From Candidatus Terraquivivens ruidianensis (GTDB lineage Archaea > Thermoproteota > Nitrososphaeria_A > Caldarchaeales > Wolframiiraptoraceae), in the NCBI GenBank assembly GCA_023267885.1, contig JALNLB010000006.1, forward strand, positions 1 through 53,753: a DNA stretch of 53,753 bases, written 5' to 3'. The position numbers were made by a program, and so were the translations under genes. Under the pieces are notes generated by a model. The model had not been told where the DNA came from, did no database searches, and worked only from the letters and a program-made list of their open reading frames with translations. Of the stretch, positions 1 to 8,954 are shown piece by piece; the stretch's first letter is position 1, and every line of letters starts with the position of its first letter.

Positions 1-135
1 CTCAAGTGCCCTCTTGCCGCCGATGAGCAAAGGCTTCTTCACGTATATCTTTATGAGCTTTCCTGCGACCTTCATGGCACCTGGTCCTAGGACGAACCTT
101 CTCGGAAATATCATCATCTTGAGTCCTGGCTGCAT
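1..135 (-). CDS. Partial CDS (N-terminal 45 codons, continues off the left edge): iron-dependent alcohol / glycerol(-1-phosphate) dehydrogenase-like
   Basis: My reverse-complement translation from the ATG at 133-135 gives MQPGLKMMIFPRRFVLGPGAMKVAGKLIKIYVKKPLLIGGKRALE. The PR-x-x-x-G-x-GA ... K-x-LL-IGG pattern resembles N-termini of Fe-ADH / GldA / EgsA-type enzymes. It is too short for a firm family call and is absent from the ORF track because it is truncated. Confidence 0.35.
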   Translation of the reverse strand, partial: MQPGLKMMIFPRRFVLGPGAMKVAGKLIKIYVKKPLLIGGKRALE

Positions 136-248
136 TTTCACATCACGAAAAGTATGGTTAAGCTGATTGGGTAAATAAGACTTTCGGAAAATTTCATGAT
201 TTTTTAATATAAAAACCCTAATATTGTCCAAAAAATATATGGTTATTG

Positions 249-1625
249 ATGAACCTAAAGGTTGCCCAAACCCTCAGGAAAATAGTCGGCGAGGATAACG
301 TTCTTGAGCTGCCAGAAGACATGCTTCCTTACGCGCTGGATGCCTCGATAATATATAGGGGGATGCCGACCTACGTTGTCAGGCCACATTCAACAGAAGA
401 GGTTTCAGATATAGTAAAGCTCGCCAACGAGCAGAGAATCCCCGTCATACCTAGGGGTGCGGGGACCAACTTCGTGGGCGCAGCCGTCCCCTCAAAAAGC
501 GGTATTGTCATAGACCTTTCTGGCATGAACAGAATAATCGAGATTAATCCAGCAGACCTAAGATGCATCGTTGAAGCAGGCGTAGTCCATGCTAAGCTTG
601 AAAGCGAACTCGCAAAATACGGCCTATACTGGCCGCCTGACCCAGGTAGTAGTGATGCCTGCACGATGGGCGGCGTCATAGCGATGAACGCTGGCGGCAT
701 GAGGGCGTTGAAGTATGGTACCACCCGGGACTGGGTACTCGGCCTGAAGGTCGTATTGCCTAATGGCGAAGTTATAAAGACAGGGAGTGGGACGCTTAAA
801 GGTAATGCTGGTTACGACCTCACGAGACTGTTCGTTGGCTCGGAGGGAACGCTTGGGATAATCACGGAAGCTACGCTCAAACTTAGGCCAATTCCCGAGG
901 CCGAAAGCCGAATATCTGCCTACTTTGACAGCATAGAAAAAGCAGGAGCGGCAGTGTCAAAAATATACATGTCTGGCATTGTTCCGGCTGCTATAGAGCT
1001 GATGGACAGGGGCATAATAACCGCGGTTAGTAAGTGGCTCGGTAAAAAGTTCCCCGAGATGGATGCGTACCTAATCGTGAGCGTCGATGGTTCTCGAAAT
1101 GAAGTAGAGGCTTTAGCAAGCAGGGTAGAGCAGGTTCTGAGGGAATCGGGTGCCTCACAAGTACTAAGGGCAACTACACAAGAAGAGTTCAACGAGATAT
1201 GGGTAATTAGGAGCGAAGGTGCCACTGCATTGCCTAACGTAACTGGTAAAATGAACGTCACGCACGACGTCTGCGTACCCATAAGCAAGCTACCGGAGGC
1301 GTTTAGGGCAATCAGAGGAATCTGCGAGAGGTATGGCATACCCGTGGCCATAGTTTCGCATGCCGGTGACGGTAATGTACACGCCATCTTTTCCGTGAAC
1401 CTAAACGACCCAGAGGAGAGTGCGAAAGCTAAGAGGGCCCACGACGAAATGTGTAGATACATAATCAAAATTGGTGGAACGATATCCGGTGAGCACGGCA
1501 TAGGAATCGACAAGGCCGAGCTATTGGCAGAGGAGGTTGGCCCCGTTGCTATGGAGCTCATGAGGGCGATAAAGAGACTGCTGGACCCGAATAACATAAT
1601 GAACCCTGACAAGATGGGGGTGTAG
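249..1625 (+). CDS. FAD-linked oxidase, GlcD / D-lactate dehydrogenase family
   Basis: ORF 246..1625 (TTG 246, ATG 249). FAD-binding region PVIPRGAGTNFVGAAVP and C-terminal GTISGEHGIGIDK are typical of GlcD/D-LDH-type flavoenzymes. Confidence 0.85.
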   Translation: MNLKVAQTLRKIVGEDNVLELPEDMLPYALDASIIYRGMPTYVVRPHSTEEVSDIVKLANEQRIPVIPRGAGTNFVGAAVPSKSGIVIDLSGMNRIIEINPADLRCIVEAGVVHAKLESELAKYGLYWPPDPGSSDACTMGGVIAMNAGGMRALKYGTTRDWVLGLKVVLPNGEVIKTGSGTLKGNAGYDLTRLFVGSEGTLGIITEATLKLRPIPEAESRISAYFDSIEKAGAAVSKIYMSGIVPAAIELMDRGIITAVSKWLGKKFPEMDAYLIVSVDGSRNEVEALASRVEQVLRESGASQVLRATTQEEFNEIWVIRSEGATALPNVTGKMNVTHDVCVPISKLPEAFRAIRGICERYGIPVAIVSHAGDGNVHAIFSVNLNDPEESAKAKRAHDEMCRYIIKIGGTISGEHGIGIDKAELLAEEVGPVAMELMRAIKRLLDPNNIMNPDKMGV

Positions 1626-1627
1626 GT

Positions 1628-2908
1628 GTGGGTAAAAATCTTGACGCCTTGATGAAGAAGATTCAATTTTGTGAACATTGTGGATTCTGCCGCTCCGTCT
1701 GTCCGTTTTTGGAAGCCTCCAACATGGAAGAGTCGGTAGGCCCGAGAGGTAGGAAGATGCTTTTCTTATCATTGCTTGAAGGCACAGTACGACCAACGCC
1801 CAGGCTGGCCCAGAAGTTCTATATGTGCGGCGTCTGCAGAGCATGCGCAGTGAAATGTCCGCAGAGCATTGATGTCTCGGATATATCCGTTCAGGCCAGA
1901 AATATGATCATAAAAGCAAACGCCCTCAATCCCTTTATGAAGAAGGTTGCGGATAGTCTGGTCAAAGGAGTTAAAGATGGCGACATATTCGGCTCGGCAA
2001 ATACGAAGGCAAAGTGGGCGGAGAACCTCAGTATACCCAAAAATTCAGAAACCGTTCTATTTGCCAGTTGTATGGATACTTCGATGGCTTACGGTGAGCT
2101 TTTGGTTGACATGCTTGAGACGTTTGGATGGGCCGAAAACACCATGATGTCTTTAAGCTCGCGCATCCAAATTTTAGGTGTCACCAAATTCCTCGACATT
2201 CTCCTTGAAGGAAAACATAAATTGTATAGAAACAGCTTGGTCAATACGGCAAAGCTACTGAAAATGCTAAACGTTAATTTCTCTTACATGGGAAACGATG
2301 AGCCATGTTGCGGTGCAGCTCTTCACACTTATGGTTTACTCGATGAATTCGCTGAACACGCCAAAAAAGTCCATAAAATTTTCAAAGAAAAAAATATCAG
2401 AAGGTTAATAGTACACAATCCTATATGCGGCGGCGTCTTGAAGGACGAATACCCGTCCTATGTCGATGGTTGGGACATCGAAGTTAAACATGTAGTTGAG
2501 GTTATCGCCGAAGCTATAAAAAACAACGGCATCAATCTTCGACTTCCCGAACCTACCAAAGTCGTTTTTCATGACCCCTGCTATCTTGCAAGATTCATGG
2601 ATGTGATAGAGGAACCAAGAGTTGTGCTAAAGGCGATAGAGAACTTGGAACTCATAGAGCCTCCAAATAATAAGCGTGAAACAAAGTGCTGTGGAGGAGG
2701 AGGTGTTGAACTTATTTATAGGGACGTAGCAACCAGAGCATCGATAAACCGTGTATCAGAACTTAATACCGGAAACCCAGACATAATGTCTTCATGCTGT
2801 CCTGTTTGCGCCCTTATGATAAAAAAAGGCATAAAAAACCTCAAACTTAAGGCGAGCTATGCGGACATCGTAGACTTAACAACTAGTTCAATGAGCCCCT
2901 CATTATAG
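1628..2908 (+). CDS. Fe-S oxidoreductase, GlcF / HdrD-like (two 4Fe-4S motifs plus two CCG domains)
   Basis: Ferredoxin-type motifs CEHCGFCRSVCP and CGVCRACAVKCP, followed by Cys-rich CCG segments (EPCCGAALH, DPCYLAR, TKCCGGGG). The GTG start lies 3 nt after the upstream stop, so it is the operon partner of the FAD oxidase. Confidence 0.8.
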   Translation: MGKNLDALMKKIQFCEHCGFCRSVCPFLEASNMEESVGPRGRKMLFLSLLEGTVRPTPRLAQKFYMCGVCRACAVKCPQSIDVSDISVQARNMIIKANALNPFMKKVADSLVKGVKDGDIFGSANTKAKWAENLSIPKNSETVLFASCMDTSMAYGELLVDMLETFGWAENTMMSLSSRIQILGVTKFLDILLEGKHKLYRNSLVNTAKLLKMLNVNFSYMGNDEPCCGAALHTYGLLDEFAEHAKKVHKIFKEKNIRRLIVHNPICGGVLKDEYPSYVDGWDIEVKHVVEVIAEAIKNNGINLRLPEPTKVVFHDPCYLARFMDVIEEPRVVLKAIENLELIEPPNNKRETKCCGGGGVELIYRDVATRASINRVSELNTGNPDIMSSCCPVCALMIKKGIKNLKLKASYADIVDLTTSSMSPSL

Positions 2909-2909
2909 C

Positions 2910-3917
2910 TCAAAAAAACTTGAACGTCTTACCTAATCCTTTTTCTTTTGCCAGTTTGTAAACCGTATTAGCGACGACTACGTCCTCGCATCCAAGCCCC
3001 GTCAACACGCACAATATTTTTTCCTCATCCGATGTTCTGCCCATCTTCCTTCCTACTAGTATTTCGCCCAGTTCAGCGTAGATGTCTCCATTGGATATAA
3101 GTCTCCTCGCAAACCAATCTGCCAGTGCGCCTTCTGATTTTGACTGTTCCCGGGTATCGACCACTATTTTATCGGCCCATCCTATGCACTTATCTCCAAG
3201 CTCGTTGTAAGTACCGATTGAGCAGATTAGGTTTGCTGTATCGGGTAAAAATTCTTCGCCCAAAACGGGTATGCGGGAAGATGTGGCTGTTACAACTAAA
3301 TCCGTACCTTCAACCGCTTCCCTAACGTTTTTGCATAGGGTTATTTGCATCATATAAAACATGTGGTTGACGTCTCTGAGAAATGATTCCATTACATTCT
3401 TGTCTATGTCGAATACCTTAACTTCGTCCAGCTTTAAAACCTCATTTATGGCCATCAGCTGAAATTTAGTCTCATATCCCGTTCCGATCATTGAAAGGCT
3501 TTTAGAACCCTTTCTAGCTAACTCCCTTACAGCCAAACCAGTGGCAGCCCCTGTCCTCATGGCGGTCAGCCAATTCGCAGATATAATGGCCAACGGCGCA
3601 AAGCTTTCTGGGTCGTTTAAGATCACTATTCCGATAACGTTTGGCAACCCCCTTTTATACCTGTTTTCCCAGTTTGCGCCTATCCATTTTACGCCACACA
3701 TATCGATATACTTGACGTAAGCTGGCATGGCATCTGCATCGCATTGATGCTCACTATTTGACCGCATATCCAAGAAGACCTTGGGCGGGGAGAGGGTCTG
3801 CCCGTTAGCACGAGCTCTCAGCACCCCTTCGACAAGCTCCATGCATTGAGGCATCGTTAAGCCGGTTGAAATAACGTCTCCCTCGGAGAGTAGTAGCACC
3901 TCGGAGTTACTTCGCAA
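2910..3917 (-). CDS. Ornithine cyclodeaminase / mu-crystallin family dehydrogenase (archaeal alanine-dehydrogenase-like)
   Basis: 335 aa. Rossmann segment SMIGTGYETKFQLMAI and an overall length and block pattern typical of the OCD family. TTG start. Confidence 0.75.
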   Translation of the reverse strand: MRSNSEVLLLSEGDVISTGLTMPQCMELVEGVLRARANGQTLSPPKVFLDMRSNSEHQCDADAMPAYVKYIDMCGVKWIGANWENRYKRGLPNVIGIVILNDPESFAPLAIISANWLTAMRTGAATGLAVRELARKGSKSLSMIGTGYETKFQLMAINEVLKLDEVKVFDIDKNVMESFLRDVNHMFYMMQITLCKNVREAVEGTDLVVTATSSRIPVLGEEFLPDTANLICSIGTYNELGDKCIGWADKIVVDTREQSKSEGALADWFARRLISNGDIYAELGEILVGRKMGRTSDEEKILCVLTGLGCEDVVVANTVYKLAKEKGLGKTFKFF

Positions 3918-3993
3918 TCGGCTTCACCGTTCCAGCCTTGGGCTCAATTAAAATTGCTAAAATATTAACTATTAGTTAGTTTTTATGAAACAT

Positions 3994-5016
3994 TCATTTG
4001 ATTTTTCCGTACCTCTCAACCAGCCTTACGAGGCCTCTTAGCTTCTCCATCGGAGTCGCTATCCATAAGTCGCAACCCGGAGAGACAAAATCTACGCCCC
4101 CATTAATAACCTCGACTACCCTCTCCTCCATCCTTTTATCATCTGCTAAATATATGTCCCAAAACGGTGATAGGTTGCCGGCGACTGGAATTTTTCTGTT
4201 CACATCCGTTAAGGTTTTCACTACGGATTTTACTGGGGTTTTATAGTCAAACACAATGGCTGAAGGGTTGCAGCTGGCTATTTTGTCTAAAACTTGGATT
4301 ATATTCCCGCATACGTTCACGACGGTTGGCAACCTAGTCTCCTCGATCAGCGATTTGTGATACGATGATACAAGCGAATCAAAAAAGCCCGGGTTTAGGA
4401 CATCCGGCGAACCTTTTGGGTCATGGAGCGTTATTATGTCAGCACCCCATTCCTCATAAAGATTAACCAGTTCAAGATGAAGCCTGAACGTCTCCTCTAA
4501 CATACCTTTGACTGCGCCAGGAAACCTCCTCATCATGAGGTTTGTCGCCGATGGTCCCAGAAGGTATCCTGCGACCGTGGTCATAGGCGGACTAATGACC
4601 ACGTTAACTGGTACTTTACCTCCATACTCTTCCTTAAGCCTCTCGATGGCCTTTTGGATAACTGGCATCCTTCCCTTGTCTGCTAGAGAATGTGGTACCG
4701 CTATCTCGAAGTACTGTTCTTCTGATAGGAAACTCACAGGCGTAGGTGAACCATCGGCACGGTAGTCGAATCTTATACCTAATAACTCCGCTTCAATCGA
4801 TTGGTCGAATGGAAGGCTTATGTTATCAATACCACAGAGCCTGTGAGCTGCTGATGCCACGCTAGCCATTTTTTCCGGATCTCGATAGATATCGATCCAG
4901 TTTACGTTATAGGTGGTCAAAAATTCCTTTGTTATAATATTGGCAAAGTTTACGCAAGGAATCCTATCTGGTGAGCCTCCCCTAAATACCTCCATTACTC
5001 TATCATATGGCAACAT
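3994..5016 (-). CDS. Uroporphyrinogen-decarboxylase-fold protein, MtaA/CmuA-like methyltransferase family
   Basis: 340 aa. URO-D/MT2-type blocks are visible (RIPCVNF, ITLHDP, VVNVCGNI, FVSPGCDL). Family call by eye; see the finding on the altered zinc motif. Confidence 0.65.
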   Translation of the reverse strand: MLPYDRVMEVFRGGSPDRIPCVNFANIITKEFLTTYNVNWIDIYRDPEKMASVASAAHRLCGIDNISLPFDQSIEAELLGIRFDYRADGSPTPVSFLSEEQYFEIAVPHSLADKGRMPVIQKAIERLKEEYGGKVPVNVVISPPMTTVAGYLLGPSATNLMMRRFPGAVKGMLEETFRLHLELVNLYEEWGADIITLHDPKGSPDVLNPGFFDSLVSSYHKSLIEETRLPTVVNVCGNIIQVLDKIASCNPSAIVFDYKTPVKSVVKTLTDVNRKIPVAGNLSPFWDIYLADDKRMEERVVEVINGGVDFVSPGCDLWIATPMEKLRGLVRLVERYGKIK

Positions 5017-5064
5017 CTTATAAGCTCCCTTGGAAAAGAAAATAAAAAAGGATAAAGATTGTTT

Positions 5065-6255
5065 TTACTCTTTCCACGGGTCTATTATATGCTTTATGCC
5101 GACGCCTGCAAGGCAAGACTTGATGCCGTCGGTTATCTCTTCAGCCAATAGTCTACGTCTGTGAGTAATTATTTGATGGTAAGGCATTTTCTCGAAAAGT
5201 CCTTTGTTGACTTGTTTGATGGCTTTGTCACAAGTCGATAGTGGGTATGCCCAGCTTCCTACGAAGAAAAGCTCTCTAGCACAGATCTCGTGAGGATCGA
5301 TGGTGAACTTGCCGGCCGTGAAGGCAGTAAATGCACCGACTTCATCCAGTACACCCATGGGTCTTAAGATTTCGATAGCCTCTGGAATAACCACGTCGGC
5401 ATTCTTTCCAGTACAATCAATTACAGCGTCTACACCCCATCTATCACCGAGCCTGGGTCTGTCCACACTCGTCGCAATCTCTTTGATGAACTTTATCCTC
5501 TCTTCTCTCGTAGTCTCCTTAATGTTAAGGACATAGTCAGCACCTAGTTTCTTAGCCATATCCAGCCTATGCTTATTCGGGTCGATTACGATCGCAGTGG
5601 AGTCTGGGGCTGAGGTCTTGAGGGCAACAAGCGCGGCGTTTCCAATAGTGCCCGCACCGTATATCACAAATAGGTCGGTATCGGGGTTGGCCTCCTTCTC
5701 GGAGATAGAGAGCAGCGTCAGCACTTTGTCAACAGCCCTCAGGCCTACGATGTAGGGCTCTACGACGACACCCTTTTCTGGTGTTATCTGCTTTCCGAGT
5801 TTCCAAATATGGGTACCAGGCTCGATAATGACGTAACGGCTCCATGCGCCGTGGAATGGAACCTCGTCAAATCCGTAGAAGAACGCACCGAGACACCACT
5901 GCTGCCATCCATACATAGTCTCCCAATCACATACGTAGCAGTAGTGGTCTACGCCCCACCAGATCCTGTCACCCTCTTGTGGCAACTCAGTGTGGAAAAA
6001 CATGTTCTTATCGGCCTCTTTACCCTTTTTCTCTATCACGCCTACGTACTCATGTCCGAGGTATAGCGGATAGCCGACCTTACCGGATATCCTATGCGGT
6101 CCAAAACCTTTCTCGAAAACATGGGCATCCGTTCCGCAGATGCCAGATAGCTCAACCCTGACTAGCATCTGGTTGTCCTTGAGGGTTGGTAGCGCATGTT
6201 CAACAATTTCAACCTTACCAGGCCATGTTCCAGCCATCTTTATTTTTTCTGGCAT
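5065..6255 (-). CDS. Zinc-dependent alcohol dehydrogenase (MDR superfamily)
   Basis: 396 aa. Catalytic-Zn motif GICGTDAH, structural-Zn Cys lobe CYVCDWETMYGWQQWC, Rossmann segment VIYGAGTIGN. Confidence 0.8.
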   Translation of the reverse strand: MPEKIKMAGTWPGKVEIVEHALPTLKDNQMLVRVELSGICGTDAHVFEKGFGPHRISGKVGYPLYLGHEYVGVIEKKGKEADKNMFFHTELPQEGDRIWWGVDHYCYVCDWETMYGWQQWCLGAFFYGFDEVPFHGAWSRYVIIEPGTHIWKLGKQITPEKGVVVEPYIVGLRAVDKVLTLLSISEKEANPDTDLFVIYGAGTIGNAALVALKTSAPDSTAIVIDPNKHRLDMAKKLGADYVLNIKETTREERIKFIKEIATSVDRPRLGDRWGVDAVIDCTGKNADVVIPEAIEILRPMGVLDEVGAFTAFTAGKFTIDPHEICARELFFVGSWAYPLSTCDKAIKQVNKGLFEKMPYHQIITHRRRLLAEEITDGIKSCLAGVGIKHIIDPWKE

Positions 6256-6310
6256 AAATGATCACACAACCTTATTAAAAATAGATGCCTGTATTTTAAC
6301 TTTTAATTTG

Positions 6311-7555
6311 TCAATATTGTAAATTTTCAGCCGCTATCTTCTTCAAAACATCCCTGGTAGGGGTTATGGGGCTTAGCGACAGAAGTCGCTTATTCGTAAG
6401 CGCGCCCTCGACTAAAGCATCAAGATCTCTTTCCGTTATGCCTAGGTCATGAAGGCCTCTTGGAAGACCCAAAGTTTTAATAAACTCCGCCATGGCCTCA
6501 TGAGCATGCGGAAGGGCTCCCCCGCTCAAGTAGTTTGCTATGATGGAACACTTTTCTGGATAGAAAGGCTCTAAGGTCTTCAGCAGACCCGGCCCAAAAA
6601 CTCCAGCTGCCACACCATGCGGCAGTTTTATACCTCTCTCCATGGCAATCGTGGAAAGAGATAAGGCAAGGGCATGGGCTAAGTGTACGCCAGCGTTGCC
6701 AAAAGCGACGCCAGCTATAAAGGCGGCAAGATGCATGTTGGACCTTGCCTCTATATTAAGACCGTTTGCATAGGCCTTCGGGAGGTACTCCCCGATCAAT
6801 AGAATTGCTTTCTCAGCAAAGAAGTCAGTTATGGGCATAGAGCCTTGATAGGCAGGTCTGGTTAAAGGCGATTGCGGCCTCTCTCTCGTGTTATACGGTC
6901 TTGCCAAATATGCCTCTACTGCGTGCATAAGCGCATCCACACCCGTGCTAGCCGTTAGTCCTGGCGGCATAGAGGTTGTCAGGATGGGGTCTAGAACCGC
7001 TATCTTAGGTATTAGGTATTCATGCGTTATACCAAACTTCGATTTTTTGGCCATGAAAGTTACTACGGCTGTTCCCGTAGTTTCGCTACCTGTACCCGAC
7101 GTCGTAGGCACGGCTGCTAGGAATTTTATGGGGCCTGGAATTTTCAGCCCTTTACCAATAGGTGGTGCAAAGTAGTCAGTCAGCTCAGCAGGATATGTGG
7201 TGTAAAGGTCGATTAGCTTAGCAGTGTCTATAGAGCTACCACCACCGATAGCTACGAAGCTATCATACATCTCTTTCTTGGCAAACTCTATACCTTCCTG
7301 TATCGACGTATCTGAGGGCTCAGGCTCAACACCGTCCCAAACATCAGCCTCGATGCCGTTTTGTTTGAATGATGAAACGGCGCGGTCGATATAATCTGTC
7401 TTTTTGCTTATATATTCGTCCGTCACGATTAAGGTCCTTTTCAGCTTTAACTTGGAGAGGTCGTAGCCCAGCTCGTAGAGTGTGCCAATGCCAAACTTTG
7501 CGTAGGGTACACGGAGTTCAAAAATAAGTTCTGTTATATCAAAACTGAATATCAT
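6311..7555 (-). CDS. Iron-containing alcohol dehydrogenase
   Basis: 414 aa. Glycine-rich NAD site AIGGGSSIDTAK and His-containing metal blocks (DALMHAVEAY, GVHLAHALA, LPHGVA). Confidence 0.85.
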   Translation of the reverse strand: MIFSFDITELIFELRVPYAKFGIGTLYELGYDLSKLKLKRTLIVTDEYISKKTDYIDRAVSSFKQNGIEADVWDGVEPEPSDTSIQEGIEFAKKEMYDSFVAIGGGSSIDTAKLIDLYTTYPAELTDYFAPPIGKGLKIPGPIKFLAAVPTTSGTGSETTGTAVVTFMAKKSKFGITHEYLIPKIAVLDPILTTSMPPGLTASTGVDALMHAVEAYLARPYNTRERPQSPLTRPAYQGSMPITDFFAEKAILLIGEYLPKAYANGLNIEARSNMHLAAFIAGVAFGNAGVHLAHALALSLSTIAMERGIKLPHGVAAGVFGPGLLKTLEPFYPEKCSIIANYLSGGALPHAHEAMAEFIKTLGLPRGLHDLGITERDLDALVEGALTNKRLLSLSPITPTRDVLKKIAAENLQY

Positions 7556-7622
7556 AATTTTCAGTTTTGAAAAGGCCTTTTTAAGTTTTTATTATGCGCA
7601 TGAGTAAGCATGGATTGACCAA

Positions 7623-8918
7623 ATGGTACCAAAGGTCTACGCAGAAGTCTACGGATGTGCTGCTAACCAAGCCGACGGTGAAGTAATTCTGGGTCTGCTG
7701 GAGAGAATGGGTTTTGGCATCGTCAGCTGTCCTGAGGAAGCGGACTTAAACGTACTCGTTACTTGTGCTGTGAAGAAGCCCACCTCGGACAGAATGCTGG
7801 AAAGAGCAAGGAGGCTTCACGAAAGCGGAAAAACCCTTCTCGTAGCAGGGTGCATGGTCACGGCGGAACAGGAAGCGATAAGAAGGGTCGCACCCTCTGC
7901 AATTTTTATCGGTCCACGAGATGTTTGCAAAGTGGTCGAAGTCGTCGGTAGCCGCATGGGCTTAGAATGTAGCCATGCATCTCTGAGTACCAATAGTAAG
8001 CTAGGTCTCCAAAGACACAGAAAGAATAAGGTTGTGGGGATAGTGCCTGTGTCCGAGGGTTGTAGATGGGCAAGGTGCGCTTTCTGTATCGTTCCGAGGG
8101 CAAGGGGGCCGTTCTTTAGCTATCCGATAAGCGAGGTAGTGAATGAGGCTCGGAGGCTGCTTGAGGACGGTTGCCGAGAAATATGGTTAACGAGCCAAGA
8201 CATGGGCAGCTACGGTCTTGACCTTGGAAGGAACATGCTGCCCGAGTTGATAGACGAGGTAACAAGGTTGAAGGGTAAGTTTTTCGTCAGGGTGGGCATG
8301 ATGAACCCAATATACTTAGGTCCCATACTGGACAGGTTGGTTGCCTCCTACTCAAGCCCAAAGGTCTTCAAGTTCCTTCATCTACCGTTGCAATCCGGCT
8401 CTGCTAAGGTTCTAAAAGACATGGGCAGAGGGTATGCGCCCCAGCTTTTCAAGAGTGTAGTGGAGAGGTTCAGGGCATCAATTCCAGAGCTTACGCTGGT
8501 GACAGACGTGATTGTTGGGTACCCGACTGAGACTGAGGAAGACTTCGAGATGAGTATAAAGATGCTTGAAGAAATAAAGCCAGACATAGTTAACATATCC
8601 AAGTTCTATCCTAGGCCTGGAACACCAGCGAATAGAATTCCCCGACTTCCTTCGAGAATTGTTAACGAAAGAAGCAAAGTTATGACAGAATTCTGCAAGG
8701 AGCTTTCAACGAAAGTTAACGAGAAATGGATTGGCTGGTATGGTTTGGCTTTGGTTGATGAAGTAGGAAAATACGGCGAGATGGTATGCAGAAACACCTC
8801 TTATAAACCGATAGTGCTGGACGCGAAGCATGATTTACTCGGTAAGTTCCTTAAGGTTAGCGTTACAGGTGCCAGTGCGTACTGTTTATTCGGAAAACTT
8901 GAGGACGTTCTAAGTTAG
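7623..8918 (+). CDS. MiaB-like radical-SAM methylthiotransferase, archaeal/eukaryotic (CDKAL1 / e-MtaB) type
   Basis: 431 aa. N-terminal MTTase domain (VYGCAANQAD), radical-SAM Cys cluster SEGCRWARCAFC and a TRAM-like C-terminus. Confidence 0.8.
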   Translation: MVPKVYAEVYGCAANQADGEVILGLLERMGFGIVSCPEEADLNVLVTCAVKKPTSDRMLERARRLHESGKTLLVAGCMVTAEQEAIRRVAPSAIFIGPRDVCKVVEVVGSRMGLECSHASLSTNSKLGLQRHRKNKVVGIVPVSEGCRWARCAFCIVPRARGPFFSYPISEVVNEARRLLEDGCREIWLTSQDMGSYGLDLGRNMLPELIDEVTRLKGKFFVRVGMMNPIYLGPILDRLVASYSSPKVFKFLHLPLQSGSAKVLKDMGRGYAPQLFKSVVERFRASIPELTLVTDVIVGYPTETEEDFEMSIKMLEEIKPDIVNISKFYPRPGTPANRIPRLPSRIVNERSKVMTEFCKELSTKVNEKWIGWYGLALVDEVGKYGEMVCRNTSYKPIVLDAKHDLLGKFLKVSVTGASAYCLFGKLEDVLS

Positions 8919-8954
8919 GCTTAATAACCGCGGTATAATACCCCTCTCCAGAGC

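Noticed and set aside
920-1678. Long antisense ORFs listed in the track. Examples are 920..1678 (252 aa), 14624..15151, 26107..26698, 27271..27913, 45376..45918, 46110..46715 and 41703..42128.
   Set aside because: Each lies entirely opposite a gene with strong family motifs. Their translations are Ser/Pro/Thr/Leu-rich low-complexity sequence typical of shadow ORFs, and I recognise no motifs in them.
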